A DNA stretch of 64,000 nt from Antechinus flavipes. Taxonomy: Eukaryota. Where the stretch lies: contig NC_067402.1 of NCBI RefSeq assembly GCF_016432865.1, positions 61,008,001 to 61,072,000 of the forward strand. The letters are read 5' to 3'. This document shows, one piece after another, positions 37,746 to 52,384 of this stretch (within the stretch, counting starts at the first letter, position 1; every line of letters begins with the position of its first letter). The notes below the pieces were generated by a model. That model was not told the DNA's origin. It saw nothing but the letters and a program-made list of their open reading frames with translations, and searched no databases. The translations under genes were made by a program, and so were the position numbers.

Positions 37746-40700
37746 AATGAATATTTATTAAGACGGTATAGTGAAAGAGGCTGACAAAAAGTATCACCAC
37801 CCCCACCCATTGGGGGCCCAATATCCCACAAGTACATCCAGGGGAAAAGTAGGCTCAAACTTAGAAAGCATGTTTGGCAAAAAAAGTAATTCTCAGCAAT
37901 TGGCTGCTAAAAATCCCTTTCTCCCTTTGTAAATCCTTAAGCAGTTCCCCTTGGACATGGTGTAATTTTCTGTTGGACTCTTTACAGATCTCCTTTCTTC
38001 AATTTATCTAAATTTGTCCTCTGTTTTCAATACAGACAGTACTGTTAGTCACTGATGTCCAAGGATGACAGAGAGAAGTTCAAATACTTCAATCCTTTTA
38101 CATTCATAAAATCTATCTCTAATCAAGAAGGATTGGGGACCATGGAGAGACTGTAAGTAAGGGATGATCTGAATTGATGGAATAACACCCTCACTGGAAA
38201 TCAAAGCTCTGATAAAAACAAAGAAATAAAAAACACATTTTTGTGATTGGACTACATCCTCATGAATCATGAAAACAATAATATTAATAGAATCAAAACT
38301 GCAAAAGGCTCAAGGTCATGGAATCACAGATTTAAAGCACAAAGGTGCTTTATAGATGAGAAAATCGAGACACTGGACTGACTTGCCATCTGTGGCAGAA
38401 TCTGAACCCAAGTCTTTGTGCCCTCTCCATCATGCCATATTGTCTCAATAGTGCTACTTATTCCAGTTCTTCTAATCATATAAAAACTGTTTCTCTCATT
38501 GCTAAAGACCAGAGCAACAGGGTGGGTAATCGATGGGATTCAGCACCTCCAAGAGTTCCCTGTAACTTCTCTCGCTTCCACTAATACCAACAATGATAGT
38601 TAAAATAAAGAATCCTAAACCAGAGTCAAAAACAGTCCTACTTTTAACTTTCTCAGAAACCAAGAGTGGAAAAACTTGATATCGATACTACTTCTCTCCT
38701 TCCCTACACATTGGACTGTGAGCTTTCATAGCACCATCCCCACTTATATCCTGCTTTAGGGTTGAGAGGTTGATAGAAGGAGTTTCAGCACAGAGCTAAC
38801 ATTCTAAAGACAGATAAACCCATCCTGTGGCCAAGGACAGAGAAAGTGCAATATTCCAGGTCTCTCTAAAATAGCCTCATCAAGGTCACAATCATTCATT
38901 TTGATTTGAGAGAAAAGAATGTCAAAACTACAAGAAGTAGCTCTTCATGGCCAACCACATGCTTAAGAGTTCTTATCCTACTTTTATAATCTATATATAA
39001 AGAAGACTACTCCAGGTCCAATACAGGGCACACGTGAGTATTTATACACAAGCAATTATTTCTTCTTGAAGAAGGTCCCTCCTTGGAATATAATTACAGG
39101 GCAGTGTAAGGTGTTGCATATTACAAAAAACATCTTGTCACCAAAGTAGTGTAAAGGGCATCATCAAGGACATATTAAGAAGAAAAGAAAGAAACAGTCA
39201 TTTAATGAAAAAAGAGAATAGCATATGGAGATTCCAAATATTAAAATACTCATAAGACTTTTTATCCAATGACAGATTTGCAATGAAGGATTATGGAAGA
39301 ACACATACAAAAACTGTAAATAATGAGGAAAAAACAAATGAATTATGATTTGAATCGGTAAAGAGATGAATACTAATGACATCACAGTTCCATCGAAGTA
39401 CTGAAATATTAATTTACTTGTATTACCCTGTTCTTTCCTGCTCTTAGAATAAGCTTTGAAATTCAGGAAGCTTAGAGGTCTTCCAGTTTTATGAACCTTA
39501 AAGCACTATGTAAATGCTTGGACTACAAGTTCCTAAAAGAAAGGGAAAGGCCTTATTTATCTTTTTATCACCTGCTCTGCCTATCATAATACATTGTATA
39601 TAATGGAAACTCCATTTTATTTTTTAAAAGAAAGTGCTACATTTTATTTTCAGGTCTACTCCTAAGAAGCTCTATGATCTAAGACAAACCACTTAACTTC
39701 TCTGGGTTTCAGTGAACTTAAAACATTCCTTAGTTCTTAACTTTCGGAGGCTAAATAAAGCTCCTTAAAGTAATTCCTTCTGTCTTTGTATAATCTAACA
39801 ACATAAATGAATTCATAACAATACTGTTATGATTTGGTTGTTTAGCTATTTTGAAATGTGTTCAGAGTTCAAGGTATTCAAATTAAATGTCACAGTAATG
39901 GAAACAGTCTGTTTAACATAAGGTTCAATCACTTAAGGAAAACAATAAGTTCAATGTATAATTCTACTTTAATTCTATTGGAGTAGTTCTTCACCTAGGA
40001 TACATGAACTTGTTTTTAAAATATTTTGATAACTATTTTTCAATATAATTGGTTTCCTCTGGAATCCCAAGCATTTTACTTTATGCACTTGAAAAAATTA
40101 TTCTGAGAATAGAACCATAGGCTGCCAAAAGATTCTATGCCTCAAAAAAATATAAAGAAACCAGCTCTACTAGAAAAAACCTCTTGGAGGGCAGAAACAC
40201 TCACTATTTTATTTGTGTCACTAATTCTTACCAAAATGCCTGGAGCATAACAGAAGCTTAATAAATGTTAGTTGTTTGAGTTTCTAGTACCATATATTAA
40301 GTCACAGCCACAAAACATTTTACCTGTAAAAACTGAGCTTATAATCTGCTCCTAAGACTCTACTCAGAATTAAGTGTATAATCTAATATCATAATTTAAA
40401 AAGAAATTTCACAAATGATATCTGGTGGTTATCCAAAGATAAAAAGTTTTACATGTGGCCATTATGTCCTTTCAAATGAAAAGGAAAAATATACTATTAT
40501 CTAGGTATACCCGATAAGTGATAAAAATAAAGTTTGGAATTTTTTTTCAGCTCTTAAAAATTTTCATTTTTCTAACAATTCATTACATTAGACTTTTATG
40601 GTCAAAAATCTTTAAGGACAACAATTTTAATAAATCTTCTTGTGGGAAAGAAAATAACCTGTTACTTGTTCCTTTTATATCCCCATTTGGCTAGGCATAG

Positions 40701-42099
40701 TGCTATATCCTTAAATACTTAGTGATGATGAAAATTCTTATTTCATTAACAGTAGAGAGCAAAGTTGAAAAATTTAACCCTCAGAAATTTTGACTCTAGC
40801 TTTACTTACTGTACTTTTATAGAAGGAAAACCAAAAACAAGGTTGTTTTTAAAAATTGCCTGTAAAGTTCTATTCATATGTCTTTTCAGGGCCTGGAATA
40901 GACGGGGAGAGTTTCCAAAGGCTAGGCCAACAGAATTCAAGCTCTGGTAGATTCTAGGAACTGTAAAGAATTCTCTAAAAGACCCTATGAGATCAGGTCT
41001 CATGAGGAGACTGATGCTCAGGGGAAAAAAAGGATCAAGAGTTACATATGCTGACTGAACCCTTGGGAAGCTTTTGTTGCTGTAGTCGTTTTTCAGTTGT
41101 GTCTGACTTCATGACCCCATTTGAGGTTTTCTTGGCAAAGACAATAAATAGGTTTGCCATTTCCTTCTCCTATTCACTTTACAGATGAGAAAATTGAAGC
41201 AAATAGGTGAAGTGACTCACTCAGGGTCACATAACTAGGATGTGTCAGAGACCAGGTTTGAAATCAAGACTTGGAACAAGGTTATACAAAAATAAAAGTT
41301 AACAAAGTTTACAATTTATAAATGCCTTTTAAAGGCCAGACCAGCATAAAGAGCAACAAATAAGTAGAAATATCTTAAATAAAGTTTAACAATAAGAAAT
41401 CTGTAAGAACATGATTAATACACCTTCCAACTGTGCATTTTTTTTAATTCAAAGCAGATAGGTTTCTAAAGGTGCAGTACCAAGTTTCACATCAAATACA
41501 GTTCTAGAATTAAGGAAAATAAGTAGCATCAGAACTAAGGAAAATAGCAGTAGCAATTACTGGTTGCCACTTTATGACATTAGGAAAATTTTGCCCTTTG
41601 GTAGCCTTGCCTTGTTCAAGAAAATGGAATTATCCAGGGAGTCCTAGCCATTAAGATCTTATTTATAAAGTGGCTGTCTTTTCCACCATAAGATTTCCCT
41701 ATCATCGTTATCTAGAAATGTTACACATATTTAACAGTCACATATGCAATAGATTCATTTATCTCAGAACTTTTAATACTAAGTCTTCCAGACTGAAAAC
41801 TCATAGGGAAACAATTCCAATGAAGAAAAGAACTTGTCTAATGTGACTGACGTGAATACACAGCAAACTAATTCATCAACCAACTCAACTTTTTAAAAGA
41901 CCTGTACAAAAAAAATTAAGCTAAGTAATAGAGAATAAATTAAAGAACATGGCATCATCTTTGAAGAACTCAAGAGTTCCAAAGCTCAGAATTAGTTTAT
42001 GTAGAAAAGAAACTAAGTACAATTTTAAAAAGAGTTAACTTAATTGGATAAAAGAGAAAGATCAAAGAATGAAGACCATGGCTTATAGTGACTAAAATG

Positions 42100-43340
42100 A
42101 TACAGAACCACTCAAGTCCTATTTTGCTTCTATTTTCTCTGCCAAAGAAAAAGGACTGTTTGGATTGAAAAGAACAACATCAACATGGCTGACAAAAGAC
42201 AAATATGAAGATAAGTGAGGGGATAGTAGGATAGACCCTAGTCATTCTATGTGACTCACCTGGTATCTCTTGGACTTAGGGTACAGAAAAAAAATAACAA
42301 AAAATTATTACTGAGTCATCTTCAGTGATTAAAGACAAACTGGAAAACTAGATAAGACCCACAGATTTGAAAAAGGGCAATCACTGTTCTGATTTTCAAA
42401 ATAGAAATTAGTCTAAAGTTTGCCAACCTTAGGCCTGGGAGACTTCAACTCCTGACAAAATTCGATAAAGTATTTTTATTAATGAACACCTTGGAAAGAA
42501 ATTAACAGTCTCAAAGAGTCAGCCTGCCATTGTCAACAGGTCATGTTAACCTAACTTTCCTTCATCTTTTTTATATTAAACTAAGAGATTAAAAAAAATT
42601 TTTTTTTAACAAGTCTGAGGTTCTTAACTAGGTATCCCTAGATAAATTTCAGAGGATGTGTTGAGGGTAGGAAAAAAAATATTTCTTTATTTCAGTATAA
42701 TTTCTTTTGTTATTTATATTGTGTTATGTGGTTGAGGAGGAGGAGGAAGAAAGATAGATATAAAATTTTATACATTCAAAAACAGTATTCAGAAAAGGGG
42801 TCTATAGATTTGATCAGACTACCAAAAGAGTTTATGACACAGAAAAGGTTAAGAACCCCAACTTTAGATATAGTTTAATTTGATATTATGTAGAAAAGAT
42901 GAAGAGATGTGAGTTCACAATAGTACAATTACATGAATTTGTAACTGTTTGAATAGCCAGCCCAAACTGCAGTAAATTTGGAAAAGGTTCTACAACAACT
43001 ACCTCAGACATTCAGCTTGACCCAATGTTGTTTAGCATTTATCAATGGCTTAAAGGCGCAGAGGGTGTGTTTATCACATCTGCAGATATCAAAGTTGAAA
43101 GAAATAGTTAAGAGAGTCAAAATTCAAAAAGATCTTGACAGAGAACACTAGACTGGAGCTAAAAAGATGAATTTTGACAGAATTAAATGTAGAGGCTTAC
43201 AATTAGATTTTTTAAAAACAACATTATAGGATGTAAGAAACATAACTAGGTAGCTCATCTTTTTCATGTTCTTCAAGTTCAATATAAATCAATATAATAA
43301 TGGCAGCCAAAAGAATTCTAAGCAAGGTTAGAATAATAAA
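42100..43340 (+). mobile_element. L3/CR1 RT fragment interrupted by a hAT MITE
   Basis: ttttgcttctattttctctgccaaag...; aaaaagatcttgacag...gaattaaatgtagagg...atggcagccaaaag. Confidence 0.65.
42615..42862. mobile_element. hAT/Charlie-type non-autonomous DNA transposon (MITE)
   Basis: Imperfect terminal inverted repeats gaggttcttaac ... gttaagaacccc. A related degraded copy lies at ~39975-40160. Confidence 0.6.
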
Positions 43341-46300
43341 AGAAGTTCAAGTCCCTAATAAACAGAATTCTTTTCAACCCAGATCTGGTCAAAGTTCAGG
43401 ATGAGGCCACAGTATGATGAGACAAGGTAACTAGCTTTATAACCAGCTTCATCTTTTCAGAGATATATGAAGCCTACTTCAAAACTACTTTAATTACCAA
43501 AAAAGCCTCATCATAGGCCAATCATTTCCCAATCATATCAAAATTATAGACCATCCAAATCTAGTCTAGGTTCCCTGAAACTGTTGATGGTATGAAATTT
43601 TTGAAGTCCTTACACATTCAATATGTAGGACTTAATTTCAACTCTTTCAGATGCTTCAGTATAGACTACTATACTATTTGGATAGCTTTTTTTGTTATAG
43701 CTTCAATACCCCAAATAGTCATATTTTTTAACCTATCCCTTCTTTAACACAGGATGAAGACTATTTTATTGCAGGACTACTTTAATAATACAAAAGTTCT
43801 TTCTTATATTAATCCCAAATCTGTTCTTTTGTAATTTCCACATAATTGTTCCTACCTTGATTTTCTGGAATAAGCAGCCTAAACCATTCGTCCATATGAT
43901 AGTCCTTCATACACTTAAAGATTGTCATTTCTCACAAAATCACCAACCTTTCCCTTCTCTAAGCTAAGTATCTTAAGTTGCCTCAACAATTACTCATATT
44001 ACATAGTTTTTAAGAAGCCCTACCATCTGGTTTGATAAACTAGGTAATATTCAAATGGGAGCAACATTCCTCAAAGCATAATGTGCAATACCAAATATAA
44101 TATTTCTGATCACTACAGAATACAAGAGAACAAGAATCCTCTTGATCTGGGTATACTTCTATTCCTGCAGCCTAACACTATATTAGCTAAAGCAGCTAGT
44201 ACATATACTATTGGATAATGCTGATCTTTTGGTTACCTAAAATCTTCTAATTTTAAAAAAGTGAGACTAGCTTACAAGCCTGATATTTGAAAATCATATG
44301 GCCAAATATTTAAAGACAACTTGGTTATATTATTTTATAACCTAGCTTCCTAATCTAAAATAAAATGTTTAAATATCCACATTTTTCCTTATGAATTTAG
44401 AAAATTTTAAAGAATGACTCTGAAAAAGTATAGTACATCGTGGAGAGTTCACTTTTCAGTTTTGTATTCACTCATTTCTCCTCATAAAAGACAAAGTAGT
44501 TATTAAGCCTAGGATATATTCACAAGATACTACTATCTTCATCTTATAGTTTTTATTTTTATTTTACTTGAAAAGAAGAGCATAAAGGAGCACTGTACAC
44601 TGTAACATTATTAGTGAATTCTAAGAGGCTAAGTATTATTCTCATTGAAGGTTCTTTGTAGTGATAGCAATTATTACCCTCCACTTGAGATTTCTTTTCA
44701 AATGCTTAAAGCTTAAAAAGTTACAGTCATGTTGATACTATACATGTTGCTACTGTTATTATTCTCAATACCAGTAGGCTGTACTTATTATAACCACAGC
44801 ATGCACCTTTTGCCAAAGCAAACACCAAGTACATAACAACTACTAATAACCCGCAGTTTATATTGCGCTTTAAAATTTACCAAGCACTTTTCTTTCCTAT
44901 AACCCTGTGAAGGATTATTATTATTCACTTGTTAAAACTTATCAAAGAAGTGCAAAAAAAAATTTTAATGGTTTACTGTGGGTCATACAGCACAGCTAAT
45001 TAGTGTGGAGGGGAATTCTAACTTCAATCTTCTGATTTCATTATTATATAAACAAGTATGTGTTCTCTTTTGCTCTCCATTTGTCTCCCTTTCTATAAAC
45101 ATACAAATGTATATATACACATACCCATATATGTGTGTATTTTATATACATGTAGACACATACACACATGTATATATTTATGCATATATGTTTATCCCCC
45201 TGGCCTAGTCCGGATTCTAGAACTCCAAAGACAAGAACATATGTTCTAAAAAGTGTTTAAGCATCGCTTGTAGCAGTGTAGAGCTTTCTAAAAAACAGAG
45301 GGCTCATGAGATTGGAAATGCAATACTTGAAGACTTTTTAAAGCTTTCTATATTCTCCACATACTCCTCTTGAGCACTTTCAATCAATCCTCTCTTAGTT
45401 GATGTGATTAAGAGTTTTATCCTTCCACTCTTAATCCATTTTTCCTAATCTCAAATAACTGTTAGCATCTAGCATCAAAGTTGCTACTTCCTACAGTGGT
45501 GATAAGTCATTTCTTTTCATGGTATCAGAAGTTAAAAGTTCTCTCTCAGTTTATTTATACATACTAAGAAGGAATGATTTTAGAAACTGCTAGCACAAAT
45601 CAAGCAATCTATGAGCTAGCAGAAATCCTTGGAAGTTGTGCATAATACCCAGAGGTCAGTTGACTTGCCCAGGATCTCAGGCTAACAATAACAAGTAGGA
45701 TTTGAACTCAGATCTTCATAATTCTTTCAAATTTTTCAATCGTAGTGAGTTTTTAATGACGGTCACCAAGATACAGCCAATCTTTGCACTTCCATGAAAG
45801 TCCAACTCTGACTCCTCCTAAACTAAGGTCCAGGAGCTCATCCATCATCAGAGAGGCAGTAGAAACTAGAAAAGCATAAACCCTTTAGTCTCCAAACTCA
45901 GCATTGTGTGCCCACCGCACTTTTATCAATTATCTCCTGTCAGGACTCTGCCCTCCTCTGAGCTGTTTGGTGTGGGGAAGGGGAGAAGGGACTGCGAAGA
46001 CAGGGGCTTTAGAAATGAGACTTCTAAGATAACACAGATCCATCAGAGAGGACACCAACAATCTTCTCTAGTCCTCTTTACTTCCCTCCAAGCCAGCTGT
46101 TCCTGAGAGACAGACACTCCACCTCCTTCTTCCAACTCAGTGCTGCACCACTGGTTGTCCATGATAATGGGACTAATTCTTCCTTCTCATCTCTGCCTTC
46201 TGCCTTCTTTCAGAACTTCACACATTCTGCATCCCATCTGCCAGAGGTCCTCTATCTTTCTCTACTACACTTCCCTCCACTTGCCTTTCTTCTAAGGTAA

Positions 46301-48059
46301 TTTCCAATTTATTGTGTCTAGATCTCGTATGACATTGGTTGGCTCCATAAGGCAACTTCTTGAGGGCAAAGACTGGTTTTGCCTACATCTGCACCCCCAG
46401 CACGAAGTCTGGTACATTTTACTGTTGTTCAGTTATCCATGGATCATGTCACACCAATTTTGACTCTTGAGATTCTGCTATTTCCTTTCCCAGTGGATGA
46501 ATGCCAAGAGAGGTCAAGTTTGCCCAGGGTCACACAGTGAGAAAGTATCAAAGACTACATTTAAAATTAGGTCTTGCTGGCTCCCGGAAGTTAAGTGACT
46601 TGCCCAGGGACATACAGCTAGTAAGGGTCTGAGGCTGGATTTGAACTCCAGTCTTCCTTTCACCAGGCCAATATCCTACCCACAGGAACTACGTAGCTGC
46701 TTCTTGTAGCTGCTTATGACTGGTAGACAATAATCACTTACTAAATGCTGGTTGACCAAATTTAACTAAACAGAGCAGGATACATCCATGATTCTTGAAA
46801 CTTCAGATTCAAGTCAATGCCACTATTTTCCCTCCCATTTTCCATCATCCTTTCACACACAAGAATCACAGAATTTTGAAGCTTCTAGGGAACTCCTCAT
46901 TTTACAGTTGAGGACCTAGCCAAGTGACTGGCCTGTATTATTCCCCACAGTTTGGCATCCTCAACAGAAAGAGTAGATGCTGCCAGGAGCAATCACTTCC
47001 ATGCCTGGCTTAGAAACTTTACTATGAGATGCTCTTTCATCAGTTTAATTATGAGTGGACATGTAAATATTGATGAAGAAATTAAGGAAGTACTTTTCCA
47101 AAGATATTTTTAAATACCTTTTAATTTAATTTTAAATTTGGTAACCACAAATTACTAAATGCATAAAAAGCATAAACACAAGCATTTTCACAGGGGAAAT
47201 AAATCATGAAAGGATCGCTACATCATTAGTAGTTGAAAATAAAAAAATCTAAATTGTCTTTCTGTCTTGCATTTATTGCTCTGATGACAAACTTCACTGG
47301 ATCCCTAATGCTAAAGTATGAATTAATTTGCCAGAGATTCAAGGCCTTCTAGAATCCAGTATCATCTAACTTTACAGACTCCTTTTAGTTTACTTCCCCT
47401 CCACATACTCTGTTCCCATCCTGTTTGAATACTTAGGTGTCCCACAACTTCCCTGTTTCTGAAAGTGGTCCCTATTTCTAGGTTCCATAGCTCCACTCAG
47501 TTTTTTAGGCAGGAAAAGATCTTCGTTTACTTTTTCACCTCTTGACCTACCCACAGTTTAAAGTTTATCACAAATACTAGATCTTCCATAAAGTTTTCCT
47601 TTATTTTGCCTATCAGTAATGGCTTTTCCTGACAGAATTGATATCACATTGTTTTAGGACCTTAGTACACTGATCTATATATAGTACACTATAGAACTTA
47701 TGTCTAACCCTTGTATTAGGTAGTGATTCCACATCTCTTCCTCATTTTCTGGCACATTGTTCTGCAAACAAGTCCTTAATTATGGCCCACAACATAAACA
47801 AACGCTAAGTTTATATTTTAATTTATAATATATCAAATTCTCAATAATTGGTACAATTACCTGTTACATGTAAATTAACAAACATGAAACTCATCTTTAC
47901 ATCACAAATCAACTGCCACATATTTTTTGAAAAACTACTTTGAGTTTAATACTATATAGAACATCCAAGACAATACTGGCAAAATGTCTATAATCTAATA
48001 GCTCTACATACACACATACACATGATATTGTTAAATTACATTGTTAAAGTTCTAACAAT

Positions 48060-48700
48060 TAGAGAAGAGATCCCATTGCCCCAGAGATTCCACTGCTAAG
48101 ACATACACCCTAAGGAAGTCCAAGATAGAAAAGGGTCCATGTACAGCAAACTATTTATGGCAGAACTTTTCATTAGAGCAAAAAAAAAAAAAAAAACAAA
48201 AACAAAAAAAAACAAAGTAGACACCCATTGATGGGCAATGGCTAAGGAAATTACTATATATGAAAATAAAGAAATCTTGCCACACTATAATTAACAAAGA
48301 AAATGAGGAATATAGAGAAGCATAGAAGACTCACATGAAGTGACAGATAAATACATATACATACACATACATATTATACACACACATATTTATATATACA
48401 CACATATATGCCTGATGATCCCAACAATGTAAATTGAAAGAACAACAAAATAAACTTAATGCTATGTAAATTACAAATGACCAAGCTTGGGGCAGAAGAT
48501 GATATGATAAGTGGAAGACTTTCATTTACTGTTGGAGTCTGAATATGTTGGCTGGTTTTGCTAAACAGTTTTCTTTCCCTCTTTTTTATTTTTTATTTTC
48601 TGAGAGGAGAGGGGAATCAATACATCAGAAAATGAAATAAGTATAAAAATATAAAAGATATTTATAATTTTTTTAAAAATTAAAACAGAATAGTATCTGA
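48060..48700 (+). mobile_element. Old L1 3' remnant
   Basis: Diverged similarity to the ORF2 end and 3'UTR (cccattgatgggcaatggctaaggaaattactatatatgaaa). Confidence 0.6.
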
Positions 48701-51700
48701 TAAAATGCGAATTGTACAAGAGAAGTCAGAAAAGATTGAAGAAGCACAAATATTTTGGGAATTCCAGGGTTTGAACTTTTAAAATAAACAAGTGCCTTAT
48801 TCTCAGTCTCAGTTTGCTCCTCTTTAAAGCAGAGATAATATTATCTATAACACCTACTTCATAGGGTTCTTATAAGGATCAAATTAGATCACATATACAG
48901 AATGAAAACATCTTTTCCCCACTAGGAGGTCTACAAAACTCCAGCACCAAAGCAAATGGACAACTCCTTAACTTAAAAATTTCAAAGAATTGCCTGGATA
49001 GGACAGGTGCAATTAAATGACTTGCTCAAGGTCATACAGGTCGGCTGTATCAGAGGTTGGTCCTCTTTCCAATATTACACACAACCTCTTGAACATCAGT
49101 TAATAACATTAAACATATAATGTGTAATGGAAACCTGAATATAGGCTTCCAGAGGAAATGAGACTGGACCTACAAAGTGAAGGGAGGCAAAGTAGCAAGC
49201 AACAAATTTTGCAAAAGGAACATGAGTTAAAGGCAACAGTGTTTGGATTTCAAACAAACAGAAGAATTCTACCCAGGTTACATCGCAGAGCCAAAAGAAA
49301 AAGCACTATTGCTTTTTAGGTTTGCAAACACTCGCAAATGGTTCATTTGCATGTACTTTCAAATAAAAAAATTCCAATTTTGCCAGAACATAATCTGAGC
49401 CATTTTCCACAGTTCCATAAACTACTTATTACATTTTCAGTTTGTAGAGGGTGAGAAATCCAATTGCATTTCTCTATAACATGGGTGTAAGATTTAAGGG
49501 AAACACAAATTTGTCCATGTGTGAAATTATAGAGCTATAAACCTTACCTTGTAGAAGATGGAATTGACTAATTAGAAATGATATGGACCAAGATTCCTAT
49601 GAACTATGATGGTTCCTACTGTAGTCCAAGTTCGATTCTCCCAACACATATTAGTTTACAGAATTCTAGTCTTCCTCTATAAATTGTTATTACTTCTTGA
49701 TGAATTAAGAACAGATAAATTAAACTTACACACTTAGAATCATCACTAAACACTTTAAAAATAACACTGTTCTACATTAAAGTATCAAAGAAGAACATAA
49801 TTTGATTTCCAGAAACTAAATAATAAATACAGGGGTTCACCCAATCTGGTCTGCCAACATTATTGTAAAAATTTCTTATAAACCTATATGCTCATAAGTA
49901 TTCCCAGGGATTATGAGGCATAGAAAGTATAAAATAAATAAAAATCATAACTAAAGCAAATACTTGTGCACAGTTCTTTTTATTTTGGATATCAAGCTAT
50001 TTCTTCATATTATAAGAACATTTGGCTTTACTTTTCATTATATATCCAAACAGACTATCTAGAATAGGAAAATATCCTGCAATTAAATCTAATAAAAAAT
50101 GAAGTATTCTATCTGTGAATGTGTGTAAGATCACCCTAAACAAGGATTTAAGTATAAAAGACAGTACATTTTTCTTCATTTTTCCCAGACAAGATTACAA
50201 TATGGTCTTGCCAAGAACATCAAAATTAAGACATTTCACATATTTGAAAAAAATAGATACTGTAAATGACAACAGAAGCCAAATGTGTAACTGGAAACAT
50301 TTCTTTTTGGCCAAGAGTACAAGCAGTGTCCATTATAAATCTTTTCAAAGGTATTTAGCTGAGCTATTTTTTAAAAAAATAAATAAAGCCTTTTCAACTG
50401 AAATTAGCTGCTGCAAACTATAACGCAAATAGCATGCTAATTAAGATGTCCATTAGAAACATATGACAAGCTGTTAGGAATACATTGTATATTATAGTAC
50501 CAAATATATCAAAGCAATCATCAAGTTGTAGGCTTTTACATAAACTATTATACTAATTCCAAAAGGAGTTATTATGGCACCACATCAACAATCAGAGGAT
50601 TATGTTACTACTGTATTTAGTCATGTTCATGTTTGTACCTACAAACAGGTGTCTTAAGATGTTGTCTAGAAATAAAGCCCACAGTAAACTGAGCAATATC
50701 ATCTGACAAATAATAAAGTTAAATGAAATGCAAATAAATTACTATACTCCACACCAGATCAATCAATGTATGTACCTGCAGATATTCTAATATGACCAAC
50801 AGTGTGGGGGAAAAAGTTTTTTGTCTATACAGCATATGAAAAACTAAGTTTTCTTTTAAACTTTCTTGTAAAACTGTCATAATTCTTGTAGTTACACTTG
50901 CTAATGTCACAACCTTTATTACAGTTAATAGTACATGATTATGAATTCAGAGCACTTAGGAATGATTAAAACATATACTAAATTCTAAATTACAGCTGTT
51001 TTTGTTAAGTTAAACAGTTAATTTTACGGCAACAATATAGGTATGCTTTGTAAAGCAAGGTTTGCATAATCTGTACTTCTGCTGGGCAAATTAATCTTTG
51101 TATCATGATAAGCAAAAATTCTTTCATCATAACATTCAAAATATGAAAAAAGAAAGAGAGATGCAAAGTTAAGTTATATATATCAATAGTAGTTTCAACC
51201 CTGATCTAAAAAAAAGTTCTGAAGAAAAAAGCATCCTCCCAGTCTTCTGTTAGGCTGACTTGGCACCACAAAAAATGCCCTATCTAAGAAGTAGAGAAAA
51301 GACTGATAATGGGTCCTACAGAAAAGCTAGCCTGAACAGGCACAGCATGAATTTTTTACTAAAGATACCAATTCACAAACTTCTGAACAAGGAAAACCTA
51401 AATAAATAAGGATCCACCAAGAGAGTTCTCAGAGAAAATCCAAGGTACAGCACCAGATTACACACCACATTCCCATAAAACATTTTAAGGCTTTGAGCTA
51501 GTTCATTGGGAAAAGGCTAGAGTTTTCTCAAAAAGAAAGACAATTTATCCCTGATCCCCACAGACAGGTAAAGTCACTCTAGTGTTCTCCTGGTCCCAGC
51601 AGGAAGCTAAATATTAAAACATTAAAACACAAAAAACAAACTTCAACCCATCAACAACCTCCTACCCTCCTGGAATGATCATCCTGCTGCCAATGGGACT

Positions 51701-52016
51701 CAGACATGACCCAAACTGTCAGCTTTTAACCCAGCATCCTTGAAAGGAGAAGGGTGTCAGTCGGGGGGATAGCCAAGAAGGCGTTTCTGTGCCCTTATCT
51801 CCCCAGACACCTGCAGTTGGAAACTCAAGGCTAGGGTTGGGGGAAACGAAGGGCAGTAAACCAAGGCTCCCGAGCCAACCTGGAGACCCACGCGGGGAGC
51901 CCGGAGCGGGCCCCCACCACCCACAATCCCAGACAAAACCCGGGCGCTTCCCGCTTCAGGCGCGGCCGCAAGGGGCCTCCCGCTGGCAGCTCTCTGGGCT
52001 GCACCTGGCTGCTTAC

Positions 52017-52091
52017 CTCTTCCATAGGTGTTCCACAAGACTGGGTCCCATCTCCATCTCCCGCGGGTGGACCAGGCCAACGGGTCGCCAT
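52017..52091 (-). CDS. ARHGAP21: ARHGAP21 first coding exon, coding part (25 codons, MATRWPGPPAGDGDGTQSCGTPMEE)
   Basis: ATG at 52091 has a strong Kozak context (ataATGG). The donor GAG|gtaagc after 52017 is phase 0, matching the 1513 acceptor. The peptide resembles the recalled human N-terminus [21 protein letters not shown] (MATR and GDGD motifs). Confidence 0.9.
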
Positions 52092-52350
52092 TATTTCATT
52101 TCAGTTACAAAGGAGGGGCAAATCCTCTGGAGTCCACATTGGAGGAAACCCCCCGGCACACCCCACGGTGGCGCAATCCCTACCCGGCCCCAGCCGGGGG
52201 CGAGAGGGGGTGGGGGAGAAGGAACGACGACGTAAGACCACCGGGACTGTGATATTTAACAAAAAACACCTCCTCCAAATCACCGAGATAATCCCTTGGG
52301 TCTTCAAATGAATTCGGGATCTTCTTCCATTTCTGCCAGTTGGAAAATAG

Positions 52351-52384
<34 letters not shown>

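Larger units (their letters stand above)
1514..52016 (-). other. ARHGAP21: 50,503-nt ARHGAP21 intron between the first coding exon and the PDZ exon
   Basis: GT donor at 52016 and AG acceptor at 1514 on the minus strand; phases are compatible. Confidence 0.9.

Noticed and set aside
35668-49550. AG|GTAAG motifs after pyrimidine-rich runs (35674 and 49548, minus strand) as recursive splice sites
   Set aside because: Both use AAG rather than YAG. A rough base-composition estimate gives about three AGGTAAG 7-mers by chance in 50 kb of such DNA, so saw-tooth nascent-RNA coverage would be needed to revive the idea.
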